From positions 1 through 44,680 of the IMG/VR virus record IMGVR_UViG_3300033068_000459: a stretch of 44,680 nt of DNA. The stretch is one strand, 5' to 3'. The notes under the pieces were generated by a model. It was not told the origin of the DNA, did no database searches, and was given only the letters and a program-made list of their open reading frames with translations. This document shows, one piece after another, positions 5,941-15,197 of this stretch (positions are counted from its first letter, which is position 1; each line of letters begins with the position of its first letter). Source of the stretch: a virus. A program made the position numbers and the translations under genes.

Positions 5941-6284
5941 TGAACCAATTCCCAATTTCGACCATCGGTCCGCTGGACACCGCAGAAATCAAGCCTGCCT
6001 ACTTCCCATTCTCCAAGGAAGTTGCAAGCACGACCACGTTAATCAGCGCGACAGTGGAAGTAGAGTTGATTTCAGGAGCAGACCCCGACCCGCAAGGGAT
6101 GGTCGTCGGGGCTGCCGTGATCGACAACACGCAAAAGCTCATCATGCAGCGATTGACAGGTGCAGGCCGGCATGGCAACACTTACAATATTCGCTGTATA
6201 GCCACCGACAACCTTGGGAACATCAGCGTCGTGGCCGCAATTCTGCCGGTTGTCTTCCTAGTCACTGGCGAACCCACCCCATAA
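5937..6284 (+). CDS. Hypothetical protein (115 aa)
   Basis: The start overlaps the upstream stop (ATGATGA). Coding-like composition. Confidence 0.6.
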   Translation: MMNQFPISTIGPLDTAEIKPAYFPFSKEVASTTTLISATVEVELISGADPDPQGMVVGAAVIDNTQKLIMQRLTGAGRHGNTYNIRCIATDNLGNISVVAAILPVVFLVTGEPTP

Positions 6285-6299
6285 CATAGGGAAAACACC

Positions 6300-6548
6300 A
6301 TGGCAACCATTGCAAGCGCAGTCAATACCCCGTTCACCCCGGCCGCTACACCGTTTTATGCCCAAGTGACGGGCGGTGTCGCTATCCTCCAGTCCCGAGG
6401 CAACGGAGCCGCCGCATGGTCAGCAGGCAAGCCTATCGGACCTGCGTCGGAAAACGGCGGAGCGATGATCGTGCAAAACCCAGTGGCAGCAGTAGACTAT
6501 CAATTTGTTGCTGTATCTGGTACACCAGTGGTTCTCGCCACTCAATAA
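6300..6548 (+). CDS. Hypothetical protein (82 aa)
   Basis: ATG 15 nt after the upstream stop. Coding-like composition. Confidence 0.55.
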   Translation: MATIASAVNTPFTPAATPFYAQVTGGVAILQSRGNGAAAWSAGKPIGPASENGGAMIVQNPVAAVDYQFVAVSGTPVVLATQ

Positions 6549-6594
6549 CGGCAAAGCCCCAAAGAGGGCGCGCCAAAACATAGGACAGGAAGAA

Positions 6595-6951
6595 ATGAAA
6601 AAACTGATCGCTACAGCGGCTTTGGCCGTTTTGCCCTTCGCAGCCAGCGCGGATGGCTCGTTCATGAATACACATACCCTGCTCATGAATATGAACCACA
6701 TCGATATGACCCTCATGTCGTATGGGTACATCGCCGGGGTGGCAGACGCCGAGGATGGGCAGTTTTACTGCCTGCCATCTACCGGAATGAGTGCAACCAC
6801 TCTCGCTAGCTATGTGGTCCGAGAGCATCGCAGCCGGGCGGGCAAGACAGATCATCTTGAGCAGTCGGCACGGTCTTTCATCCGCACGGCTCTGTCAAAC
6901 GCTTTCCCGTGCATGGGGAGTAAACCTTATGCGGGGTTGCGGAAACAATGA
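6595..6951 (+). CDS. Secreted Rap1a/Tai-family-like protein (T6SS amidase-immunity-like fold)
   Basis: Internal ATG with AGGA upstream. Signal peptide MKKLIATAALAVLPFAASA. Motifs GYIAGVAD, a CLPS...(helix) region, and a C-terminal ALSNAFPC match my recollection of the Rap1a/Tai family. Confidence 0.55.
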   Translation: MKKLIATAALAVLPFAASADGSFMNTHTLLMNMNHIDMTLMSYGYIAGVADAEDGQFYCLPSTGMSATTLASYVVREHRSRAGKTDHLEQSARSFIRTALSNAFPCMGSKPYAGLRKQ

Positions 6952-7352
6952 CCCCAGCAAACCAAGAGTTCACCCATAAGCCCGAAGAGGGTCAGTACGG
7001 CGACTGCCAGAGGGCAGTAATCGCATCCTTGCTCGACTTGCCGATTTCGGATGTCCCGCACTTTCTAGCGGTGTCGAAAAACGATGCGACGATCTATTGG
7101 GAATCTGTGCAGGCTTTCTGCCGCTCGCATGGCTACGTATATCTGACAGTAGCTAAAAATTCTGGCTCAGCGTTCTTTGGGGACGATGGGCCTGTCTATC
7201 ACGAAATCAGCGGGCCTTCGCCTCGCGGTGGCGGGGTAACCCATGCTGTTGTCGGATGTAATGGGGAAGTGGTGTTTGATCCGCATCCATCCCGCGCAGG
7301 CTTGGCCGGTGACCCTATGGAATGGCAACATGCCTATTTGGTGAAGGCTTGA
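6948..7352 (+). CDS. Small predicted papain-fold Cys-His(-Asp) hydrolase
   Basis: ATGA overlap with the upstream gene. GDC(20)QRAVIASLL followed by VTH(99)AVVG..GEVVFD(111)PHP resembles the C39-like / NlpC-P60-like catalytic arrangement. Confidence 0.5.
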   Translation: MTPANQEFTHKPEEGQYGDCQRAVIASLLDLPISDVPHFLAVSKNDATIYWESVQAFCRSHGYVYLTVAKNSGSAFFGDDGPVYHEISGPSPRGGGVTHAVVGCNGEVVFDPHPSRAGLAGDPMEWQHAYLVKA

Positions 7353-7354
7353 GC

Positions 7355-7966
7355 ATGAACGCGGACCAGAAATTTCTCTTTGACCAGCTAACCCAGCTAC
7401 AACAGCGAGTAGCCACTAACGTGCTGGCTGGGATGACTCAGCGAGCCGCCTATCGACTTGCCGGGGGTCAGGCCGAAACGGACGAGGGGGCGGATTCTTC
7501 TTGCTCAGAAATCTTGAGCAATCCCAAGGTGTCCGCCTTTATGGATGCAATGAAGGAAGAGGCCGTTTCCGAGGCCATCATGAGCCGTAAAGAGGCCATG
7601 GAGAAGCTTTCTTTGCTCGCCCGCACTGACCTGAAGGACTTAGTAGATTTCGGCTCCTATGAGCTAGGAATTGATGAAGAGTCGGGGAATCCGATCATTC
7701 AGGCCGCATGGAAAATCAAGCCGCAAGCGCTTCAAGACCCGAAGCAGATGGCGGCCATCTCCGAGCTGACCGCTGGGAAGGATGGGATCAAGATCAAGAC
7801 TCATAGCCAATTGGACGCCATCAAGCAACTGGCGAAGATGCAAGGGTGGGAGTCGGCTCAGAAGATTGATCTATCGAGCAAAGATGGAACCATGAGCCCC
7901 AAGGGCCGAGTATTGGACGATTTCTACAGCAAGCCGGATGTACCAACTCAATCCGATCCTTCGTGA
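7355..7966 (+). CDS. terS: Terminase small subunit
   Basis: N-terminal HTH-type motif ...MTQRAAYRLAGGQAETDEGADSSCSEILSNPKV... is typical of Terminase_2-type TerS. It lies directly upstream of TerL. Confidence 0.8.
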   Translation: MNADQKFLFDQLTQLQQRVATNVLAGMTQRAAYRLAGGQAETDEGADSSCSEILSNPKVSAFMDAMKEEAVSEAIMSRKEAMEKLSLLARTDLKDLVDFGSYELGIDEESGNPIIQAAWKIKPQALQDPKQMAAISELTAGKDGIKIKTHSQLDAIKQLAKMQGWESAQKIDLSSKDGTMSPKGRVLDDFYSKPDVPTQSDPS

Positions 7967-9308
7967 GTTCTGGTCTACCCGAAAGCCATACAAGCTACTG
8001 AAAGGCGGGCGCTTTAGCTCAAAGACTCAGGACGCGGGTGGGATGGCGGCATTCTTGGCCCGCAACTACACGGTCAAGTTTCTTTGCATCCGGCAGTTTC
8101 AGAACCGGATTGCCGACTCGGTTTATACCGTCATCAAGCAGAAGATCGAGGCGGCAGGCTGGCGCAGCGAGTTTGATATCGGTGTTTCGACCATTCGACA
8201 TAAGGTGACTGGTTCTGAATTCCTGTTCTATGGCATCGCCCGGAACATCGAGGATATCAAGGGTACGGAAGGCGTAGATATCTGCTGGATCGAGGAAGGC
8301 GAGGGACTGACTGAGGAACAATGGTCCATCATTGACCCGACCATCCGCAAAGAAGGCAGCGAGATATGGGTGCTTTGGAACCCTCATCTACAGACTGACT
8401 TCGTACAGGCCAAGCTGCCTAGCCTGCTGGGTGATGACTGCATCATCAAGCACATCAACTACACGGACAACCCATTTCTGTCCGAGACGGCTAGGCTCAA
8501 GGCTGAACGGCTGAAAGACGCCGACCCAGATGCCTACGCGCATATCTATCAGGGTATACCCCTGAACAACGATGATGCGGCGGTCATCAAATATTCGTGG
8601 ATTGAAGCGGCGATTGATGCTCACAAAAAGCTGGGGATAGACCTTTCTGGTGCTCGTTCGGTGGGGTATGACGTTGCCGATAGTGGAGCAGACAAGAACG
8701 CCTGTTCAAACTTTGACGGTGCTATCTGCGTGGAGCTGGACGAATGGGCCGCGCCGGAGGATGAGCTGACCCAATCCACGCGCAGGGCATGGGCGCATGT
8801 GAAGGGCGGCAGGCTGATCTATGACAGCATTGGTGTGGGGGCTCATGTAGGGTCAACCCTTAGAGAGTCAGGTATTCCAACTGGCTATTTCAAATTCAAC
8901 GCTGGTGGCGCGGTGATCCAGCCCGAGAAGGAATACGCCCCAAAGATCAAAAACAAAGACAAATTCGAGAATCTGAAAGCTCAGGCGTGGCAGGATGTGG
9001 CCGACCGATTCCGAAACACCTATAACGCCGTGACGAAAGGCGAGAAGTTCGACGCGTCTGACCTAATCAGCATCAGCGGCGATATTAAGAAGCTGGAGCA
9101 ATTGAAGACCGAACTGTCTACGCCAATGAAGCGTTACAGCAAGCGTGGCATGGACATGGTTGAGACCAAGGATGAAATGGCAAAACGCGGTGTTGCATCG
9201 CCTAACCTCGCGGATTCATTCATCATGGGCGCATGCCCTCATTTGGTTGTTGGCATCCCAATGCGTATTAACAAAAGCACATTGGCGCAAGCTGCAAGGC
9301 GACGTTAG
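7938..9308 (+). CDS. terL: Terminase large subunit (PBSX/Terminase_3-like)
   Basis: 456 aa. N-terminal LLKGGRFSSKTQ (Walker A-like), then IRQFQNRIADS..., CWIEEGE (Walker B), plus a C-terminal nuclease-type domain. Confidence 0.9.
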   Translation: MYQLNPILREFWSTRKPYKLLKGGRFSSKTQDAGGMAAFLARNYTVKFLCIRQFQNRIADSVYTVIKQKIEAAGWRSEFDIGVSTIRHKVTGSEFLFYGIARNIEDIKGTEGVDICWIEEGEGLTEEQWSIIDPTIRKEGSEIWVLWNPHLQTDFVQAKLPSLLGDDCIIKHINYTDNPFLSETARLKAERLKDADPDAYAHIYQGIPLNNDDAAVIKYSWIEAAIDAHKKLGIDLSGARSVGYDVADSGADKNACSNFDGAICVELDEWAAPEDELTQSTRRAWAHVKGGRLIYDSIGVGAHVGSTLRESGIPTGYFKFNAGGAVIQPEKEYAPKIKNKDKFENLKAQAWQDVADRFRNTYNAVTKGEKFDASDLISISGDIKKLEQLKTELSTPMKRYSKRGMDMVETKDEMAKRGVASPNLADSFIMGACPHLVVGIPMRINKSTLAQAARRR

Positions 9309-9344
9309 AATAACGCCAGCAAATTGCACGCAATGGGGTAATTA

Positions 9345-11069
9345 ATGGATGATGAAATCAAGGGCCGGGCCAAAGGCGGAAAAGCCGCAGCGGAGAAACT
9401 GACGCCGGAGGAACGATCCGAGCGTGCGCGCAAGGGCGCTAAGGCCCGATGGGCTGCAAAAGATGCAAAGCCCGTGGTGAAGCGCGGTATCTCTGAGGGC
9501 ATGGCTGCTGCCGTCAGCAAAGCCCAAGGCGTCAACACTCCCCCTAAGTTCATGCCCCCCTTGCTTCCGCCTGGGGTTGTGCCAGAAGGAGCCAAGCCAG
9601 CCATTGCAATGGACTACGCCCCCGGGGTGTACGACTTCGCCAATGCAGCATGGGGGAATAGCTACTTCACGCCGTTTCCGGGTTATCCATACCTTGCCGG
9701 ACTAGCTACCCGTGCGGAATACCGTAACTTCGCGGACTCGCTGTCGTCTGAAATCACTCGGGAGTGGATCAAGTTCAAAGGGGCGTCTGATACGGATGGA
9801 GACGGTCAGGCGGAGCAAGACACGATCCGCATCGCCCAGCTCGAAGATGCGGTGAAGAAGCATAACCTCAAAGACCTGTTCAAGCTGGCAGCGGCTCAGG
9901 ATTGCTTCTTTGGGCGCGCTCAGATCACGATCAACCTCAAAGGGGCCGATCCTAAGCTGCCGTTGATTCTGGACCCGCGCACGATCAAGAAAGGTTCTTT
10001 GGAGAGCTTCACGTGCGTGGAAGCCATGTGGACCACGCCAAGCGCCTACAACTCTAATGACCCGACCGCGCCGGACTTCTACAAGCCGCGTGAATGGTTT
10101 GTGCTCGGGCAGCAGGTGCACGCCTCGCGCATCATGACCATCATCACGCGCCCCCTGCCTGACATGCTGAAACCGGCTTACAACTTCTCTGGCATGAGTT
10201 TGAGCCAGTTGGCGGAGCCCTACGTTAACAACTGGCTTCGCACCCGGCAAAGCATTGCGGACCTCGTTAACAACTTCTCAATTACTGCCCTGAAAACGAA
10301 CATGGGTCAGGTGTTGCAAGGCCAGTGCGATGGGTCCGATGTGTTCGCCCGTGCTGACTTGTTCACACTCACCCGCTCGAATCGCGGCCTGATGCTGCTG
10401 GACAAAGAATCGGAAGAGCTGGATCAGGTCAACACTCCGCTTTCTGGCTTGCATGAGTTGCAGGCCCAAGCACTTGAACATTTGTGCACTGTATCGAGAA
10501 TGCCTGCCGTGATCCTGACCGGCGTTTCTCCGTCCGGCCTGAACGCATCGAGCGAGGGCGAAATCCGTGTGTTCTATGACTGGATCAGTTCGCAGCAGAA
10601 TGCTTTCTGGCGTCACCCGCTGGAGGCGTGCATCAAGGTCATCATGCTTGACCTGTGGGGAGAAATTGACGACACGATCAGCTTTGAATTCAACCCGCTT
10701 TGGCAGATCAGCGCGAAAGAAGAAGCCGAGATTCGCCAGATGAACGCCAATAGCGCGGCCACGTACCTGACAAACAGTGTGCTGTCTGCCGAGGAAGTGC
10801 GCGAGAACCTTGCCGCTGATCCGAACAGCGGTTATTCGGGCATTGACGTTTCAGAGGTGCCGGAGCCGCAGGAAGATCCAATGGCGGGTCTGAATCCTTT
10901 TGGCGATCCTTCGGGACAAGATCCCAGCCCGCTGGACGATCAGGCGCAAGACAAGAGTGTGAGCGAAGCCCAGCGCAAGGCAATGGCGGCAGCCGCTGCC
11001 GGTCACAGCACCCTCGGGATTCCAAAGAAGGTTGGCGAGGAATTCAAACGTGCCGACGAAGCAGCCTAA
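9345..11069 (+). CDS. Portal protein (DUF1073-type) with an ~88-aa basic N-terminal extension
   Basis: 574 aa, immediately after TerL. The recognisable portal-like region begins near M89 (9609). The N-terminus is K/R/A-rich (GGKAAAEKLTPEERSERARKGAKARWA). Confidence 0.8.
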   Translation: MDDEIKGRAKGGKAAAEKLTPEERSERARKGAKARWAAKDAKPVVKRGISEGMAAAVSKAQGVNTPPKFMPPLLPPGVVPEGAKPAIAMDYAPGVYDFANAAWGNSYFTPFPGYPYLAGLATRAEYRNFADSLSSEITREWIKFKGASDTDGDGQAEQDTIRIAQLEDAVKKHNLKDLFKLAAAQDCFFGRAQITINLKGADPKLPLILDPRTIKKGSLESFTCVEAMWTTPSAYNSNDPTAPDFYKPREWFVLGQQVHASRIMTIITRPLPDMLKPAYNFSGMSLSQLAEPYVNNWLRTRQSIADLVNNFSITALKTNMGQVLQGQCDGSDVFARADLFTLTRSNRGLMLLDKESEELDQVNTPLSGLHELQAQALEHLCTVSRMPAVILTGVSPSGLNASSEGEIRVFYDWISSQQNAFWRHPLEACIKVIMLDLWGEIDDTISFEFNPLWQISAKEEAEIRQMNANSAATYLTNSVLSAEEVRENLAADPNSGYSGIDVSEVPEPQEDPMAGLNPFGDPSGQDPSPLDDQAQDKSVSEAQRKAMAAAAAGHSTLGIPKKVGEEFKRADEAA

Positions 11070-11895
11070 AACAGCCCGGGCGGTCACCGCGAACAAAGGC
11101 GTCGAGGTCGCCTACCGCAAGGAGCTAGAGCGCCTAGTCTCCGAAATGTCCAAATCCACCGAATACTGGATTGAGGCGGCATACAAGGCAAACCCTCCAT
11201 CGATGGAAGTCGAAATGGCGGAGGATGCCCGCATCGGCAAAAAATCCAAGATCAGTCAGGAGTGGGCAAGCCTCCGCAGCCCATCGGCCCGTATGCGAAA
11301 GCCTATGAGGGAGCTGGCAGACCGCTGGATCAAGCGCTTTGACGATATGTCCGCCAGCATCGCCGAGCGCTTTGCTGTGTCGGGCATGAAGCACACCGAT
11401 GCATCGTTCAAAGCCGCGCTCAAGGACGCCGGATGGACCGTTGAATTCAAAATGACGCCTGTTATGCGGGATGCCATGAATGCGACGATTCAGGAGAATG
11501 TGGCGCTCATCAAGTCGATTCCTGAGCAGTATTTCACGGAAATCAATGGCATTGTGAATCGAGGATTCACGGCTGGAAGAGACTTGCAATACATCAGCGA
11601 TGAACTGCAATCCCGTTTCGGGGTGACAAGCCGCCGCGCTGCCCTTATCGCCCGGGACCAATCCAACAAGCTGTCCGCAACGATAACTCAGGCCCGGCGC
11701 GTTGATCTCGGACTCTATGAGGCGATTTGGATGCACTCTGGTGCCGGTAAGCATCCCCGACCGTCCCATCTAAAGGCAGGGCGAGATAAGCTGAAGTTCG
11801 ACATTCGCCAAGGCGCTTATCTGGACGGCAAATGGGTATTGCCCGGGCAGGAAATCAATTGCCGGTGCAGCTCTAAAACGGTGTTGCCATTCTGA
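11032..11895 (+). CDS. Head morphogenesis protein (Mu F / SPP1 gp7-like)
   Basis: C-terminal motifs ...ARDQSNKL...WMHSGAGKHPRPSH...INCRC. The track start is TTG at 11032, with GTG at 11050 as an alternative. Confidence 0.8.
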   Translation: MARNSNVPTKQPKTARAVTANKGVEVAYRKELERLVSEMSKSTEYWIEAAYKANPPSMEVEMAEDARIGKKSKISQEWASLRSPSARMRKPMRELADRWIKRFDDMSASIAERFAVSGMKHTDASFKAALKDAGWTVEFKMTPVMRDAMNATIQENVALIKSIPEQYFTEINGIVNRGFTAGRDLQYISDELQSRFGVTSRRAALIARDQSNKLSATITQARRVDLGLYEAIWMHSGAGKHPRPSHLKAGRDKLKFDIRQGAYLDGKWVLPGQEINCRCSSKTVLPF

Positions 11896-11906
11896 CAGGG
11901 AAAATC

Positions 11907-12161
11907 ATGGACAAAGACTACGATGAATTGGATCACGCCCTTAACAATTTGATGTGGGTTTGGTCCCAATACGGCGAGGGCTCACATGACCGCCACGATG
12001 AAAATGGGAAGTTGGTCAGTGTTTATCTGGAACATCGGTGCATGCAGGCCGGAGAGCAGGCTGGGGAAATGCTTGAAAAACACGGTCTTGCAGTTGATAT
12101 TGGATGGGGCCTTGAGTTGACCGAAAAGGGGATTGCGCTCTATCTAAAGGACTTCGGCTAA
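11907..12161 (+). CDS. Hypothetical protein (84 aa)
   Basis: ORF with an ATG 11 nt after the upstream stop, within the head module. Confidence 0.55.
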   Translation: MDKDYDELDHALNNLMWVWSQYGEGSHDRHDENGKLVSVYLEHRCMQAGEQAGEMLEKHGLAVDIGWGLELTEKGIALYLKDFG

Positions 12162-12227
12162 GCTAATATTTGCGCAATCAATCCAATCTGTTACCATTGC
12201 GCAACGAAATTAGCGCACAATAGCGGA

Positions 12228-13523
12228 ATGAAAAGGATTGAAGTAGCGTTTGATAAATCGTCCGTTCGCACTTTTGATGCCGACGGGCGATTGCACGTTG
12301 CCAAAACCAATATCTCCAAAGCGGCTGTAAACCCCTATTACGGCAAGGAAATCCCCGGCGCTGACGCATTGGGGTTGGAGCCAAATAAGGTCTATCGCCT
12401 GTATCGAGACCCGGCTGAATTGGCAAAAGGCGCGGCCACATTCAATAATCTTCCGTTGCTTCGCCGCCACATTCAGGTCAGCGCTGACGATCCCAAGAAA
12501 GAGGATGTTGTTGGCAGCATTGGCAGCGATGTTTCATTTGATGCCCCTTATCTGAGTTCGTCCATTTGTGTGTGGGACTCTGAGGCAATCGCAGGGATTG
12601 AGGCGGGTCAAGTCGAAGAATTGTCTAGCGCCTATCGATATGTTCCAGTCATGGAGCCTGGGGTTTCTCCTGATGGGGAGCCTTACGATGGCCGGATGAC
12701 CGAGATTCAAGGAAACCATCTGGCGCTCGTGGAAGTCGGTCGCGCCGGTTCTGATGTGGTAGTGGCCGACTCCAATCCATTTCCAAAGGAAACCCCTGCC
12801 ATGAAGAAAACTGCTTTGGGCCACGCCCTGACGGTCGCCCTCTCGGCAGCGTCCCCGAAACTCGCGCAGGATTCCGCCCTGCCGAAACTGCTGGGCGGCG
12901 CTGTCAAGAAGACGTTTGATAAGAAGGATGTTCTCGCAAAACTGATTGCGATGGACTCCGAACTTGAGCCCGAAAAGGCTGATGAAATCATCGATGCCGT
13001 GCTAGGTGTTGAAGATAATCCTGAGCCCCAGGAAGTCCGTCAAACGCCTGTCGAAGATGAGAACGACAACGGCGCGCCCTCCAAGCACGCTGAGATCATC
13101 GATTTCCTGCGCTCCAAAGGTCTGCCTGCGCCTGACCTGGAAGCCGTTGGCGACATGCTCGCCCGCGCTGATGCGCCTTTCAAAGAAGCGCAAGATGAGG
13201 ACCTCATGAAGAAAGAAGATGTTGATGCCAAAGTGACCGCCGCCATGGATGAAATGAAGGCCGGTTTCAAAGCGCTCGAGAAAGCCAAGAGCGATGTTCG
13301 CCAGACCGTGGGCGATGTGATCGGCATGGACTCCGCCGAGCAGGTCTATCGCTTTGCGCTGGATCAGCTCAAGGTTGACCACAAAGACATGCCTGCCGCT
13401 GGCCTGGGCCGACTGTACGCAGTTGCCTCGGAGCGCAAGGCAGAACCCCGCAAGGCTGTGATTGCTGCTGACTCCGCGTCGGTTGCCAAAATCCCGGGCC
13501 TGGACCGTTTCCGCACCATCTAA
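12228..13523 (+). CDS. Scaffold / prohead protease-like protein (DUF2213-like N-terminus)
   Basis: 431 aa. The N-terminal ~190 aa match the recalled DUF2213 pattern (...YGKEIP...LYRDPAEL...FNNLPLL..H...). The C-terminal half is acidic and helical, as in scaffolds. It lies before the capsid gene. Confidence 0.7.
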   Translation: MKRIEVAFDKSSVRTFDADGRLHVAKTNISKAAVNPYYGKEIPGADALGLEPNKVYRLYRDPAELAKGAATFNNLPLLRRHIQVSADDPKKEDVVGSIGSDVSFDAPYLSSSICVWDSEAIAGIEAGQVEELSSAYRYVPVMEPGVSPDGEPYDGRMTEIQGNHLALVEVGRAGSDVVVADSNPFPKETPAMKKTALGHALTVALSAASPKLAQDSALPKLLGGAVKKTFDKKDVLAKLIAMDSELEPEKADEIIDAVLGVEDNPEPQEVRQTPVEDENDNGAPSKHAEIIDFLRSKGLPAPDLEAVGDMLARADAPFKEAQDEDLMKKEDVDAKVTAAMDEMKAGFKALEKAKSDVRQTVGDVIGMDSAEQVYRFALDQLKVDHKDMPAAGLGRLYAVASERKAEPRKAVIAADSASVAKIPGLDRFRTI

Positions 13524-13535
13524 GGAGTAGTCATC

Positions 13536-14042
13536 ATGGCTCTTGGTTTTCAAACTACCGTTCAACTGCAACAAGCTGCGGCTGTTGCTGGTGATTTCGC
13601 CTCTACCAATCCCCGCTCTTCGGTGGTCGGCCACGAAGGCACTCTGGTTGCGGGCGCTTCTGGCGTGACCGTGGCGCGCTTCGCTTGGGCTACCGGCGCT
13701 GGCGTTGTATCGAATGCTGGCTCTGGCAAGCCTACCGGCTTCGTGTCGCGTCAGCAGGGTGTTGCTCTCATCACCACGTACCTCGGTCAGGTGTCGAACC
13801 TGATCGTTCAGGGTTACGAAGTGACGCTGATGGCTACCGGCGATTACTGGGTGAACCACATCGTCAACCCGGCGACCGTTGGTCAAAAGGTGTTTGCATC
13901 GCTGACCACTGGCGAAATCCAGACGGCTGCGGCTGGCGCTACGGTGTCCGGCTACATCGAAACCGATTTCTTCGTGACTGGCTTCCCTGTGGGCGGCACG
14001 GGCGCGGTCGGTGAACTGATCGTTATGTCTCGCGTTCAATAA
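13536..14042 (+). CDS. Head decoration / cement-like protein
   Basis: 168 aa with a strong RBS (AAGGAG). It lies between scaffold and major capsid, as in BPP-1-like head modules. Confidence 0.5.
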   Translation: MALGFQTTVQLQQAAAVAGDFASTNPRSSVVGHEGTLVAGASGVTVARFAWATGAGVVSNAGSGKPTGFVSRQQGVALITTYLGQVSNLIVQGYEVTLMATGDYWVNHIVNPATVGQKVFASLTTGEIQTAAAGATVSGYIETDFFVTGFPVGGTGAVGELIVMSRVQ

Positions 14043-14056
14043 GGAGGGCGCAAACT

Positions 14057-15139
14057 ATGAACCCCACTCTTCAAGCTCTCTTTGAAAAGGCTGGCATCGC
14101 CTTTGACGGCTTCAATGCCCAGATGCTGCCCGAAGGCAAAGGCTACCGCGATATCGTGGGCATGGCTCAGGATGGCTCGCTCATGGCAATGGACGCCGCC
14201 TATCCGCTGGTGACCAATGCTAACTCGGGCATCCCTGCGATGCTGTCCACCTACATCGATCCGAACATGATCGAAGTTCTGGTGGCCCCGATGAAGGCCG
14301 TGGAAGCCTCGGGTAATGCCGAAGTGAAAAAGGGCGACTGGACCGTTCGCACTGCGATGTTCCCCGTGATCGAATCGACTGGTGAAGTGACCTCCTACGG
14401 TGACTACAGCAATTCCGGCTCGGCTGGTGCGAACTTCCAGTTCCCGCAACGTCAGTCCTACCAATACCAGACCATTACCCAGTGGGGCGAGCGCGAGCTT
14501 GCTGACGCTGGTCTGGCCAAGGTGGATTGGGCCGCTCGCCTGAATATTGCTTCGGCTCTGACCCTGAACAAGTACCAGAACAAAACGTACCTGTTCGGCG
14601 TGTCGGGCCTGCAAAACTACGGCATGTTGAACGATCCCAGCCTCCCGGCTGATATCGCCCCCAACACCAAGGCCGCAACCGGCACCGCATGGATTCTGCC
14701 TTCGGGCCAGATCAACGCGACCAACATCGAAATTCTTCAGGATGTGCAAAAGCTGTTCTTCCTGCTGCAAGCCCGATGCAATGGTCTGGTGGATGTTGAC
14801 ACCAAGATGACCCTTATCATGTCGCCGCAAACCAGCGTTGCCATGACTGTGGCGAACGGCACGGTTACCACTGTGACGGCTTGGGACCTGATCCACAAGG
14901 CATTCCCGAATCTGGAGGTCAAAACGGTGCCGGAATACGCCACCGCTGGCGGTCAGAAAATGCAGCTCGTGGTGAACGAGTACGAAGGTCAATCGACCTG
15001 GAATTGCGCATTCACCGAAAAGATGCGCGCTCACCCCATCATCCTAGACCTTTCTTCTTTCAAGCAGAAGAAATCGGCAGGTACTTGGGGCACGATTGTG
15101 TTCCGCCCCATGTTTGTGGGTGGCATGATCGGCCTGTAA
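14057..15139 (+). CDS. Major capsid protein (DUF2184-like)
   Basis: 360 aa with a strong RBS (AAGGAGG). Assigned by its position after scaffold and cement, and followed by a stable stem-loop. Confidence 0.8.
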   Translation: MNPTLQALFEKAGIAFDGFNAQMLPEGKGYRDIVGMAQDGSLMAMDAAYPLVTNANSGIPAMLSTYIDPNMIEVLVAPMKAVEASGNAEVKKGDWTVRTAMFPVIESTGEVTSYGDYSNSGSAGANFQFPQRQSYQYQTITQWGERELADAGLAKVDWAARLNIASALTLNKYQNKTYLFGVSGLQNYGMLNDPSLPADIAPNTKAATGTAWILPSGQINATNIEILQDVQKLFFLLQARCNGLVDVDTKMTLIMSPQTSVAMTVANGTVTTVTAWDLIHKAFPNLEVKTVPEYATAGGQKMQLVVNEYEGQSTWNCAFTEKMRAHPIILDLSSFKQKKSAGTWGTIVFRPMFVGGMIGL

Positions 15140-15148
15140 TGGCACAAT

Positions 15149-15180
15149 AAGGGTGTCCAGGCAATCGCTTGGGCACCCTT
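15149..15180 (+). promoter_or_regulatory. Stem-loop immediately downstream of the major capsid gene
   Basis: AAGGGTG...CACCCTT forms a 7-bp perfect stem with extra partial pairing and no U-tract. It may be an mRNA stabiliser or partial terminator. Confidence 0.45.
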
Positions 15181-15197
15181 AACCTACAGGAGAAGAA

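Noticed and set aside
3533-6284. Diversity-generating retroelement, suggested by the BPP-1-like head genes and the repeat-rich proteins
   Set aside because: No reverse transcriptase ORF and no TR/VR pair with adenine-specific differences. The repeat differences seen are G/A and C/T two-state sites within one array.
12170-12204. Two copies of the palindromic octamer TTGCGCAA (12170-12177 and 12197-12204) in the gap before the scaffold gene
   Set aside because: Short, only two copies, and with no flanking promoter or terminator features. Chance occurrence or a minor site cannot be distinguished.
13002-15034. Long minus-strand ORFs 13002..14039 (345 aa) and 14036..15034 (332 aa)
   Set aside because: They are antisense to the scaffold, cement and major capsid genes, which have strong RBSs and recognisable products. 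Their R/H/G-rich composition is typical of antisense frames.
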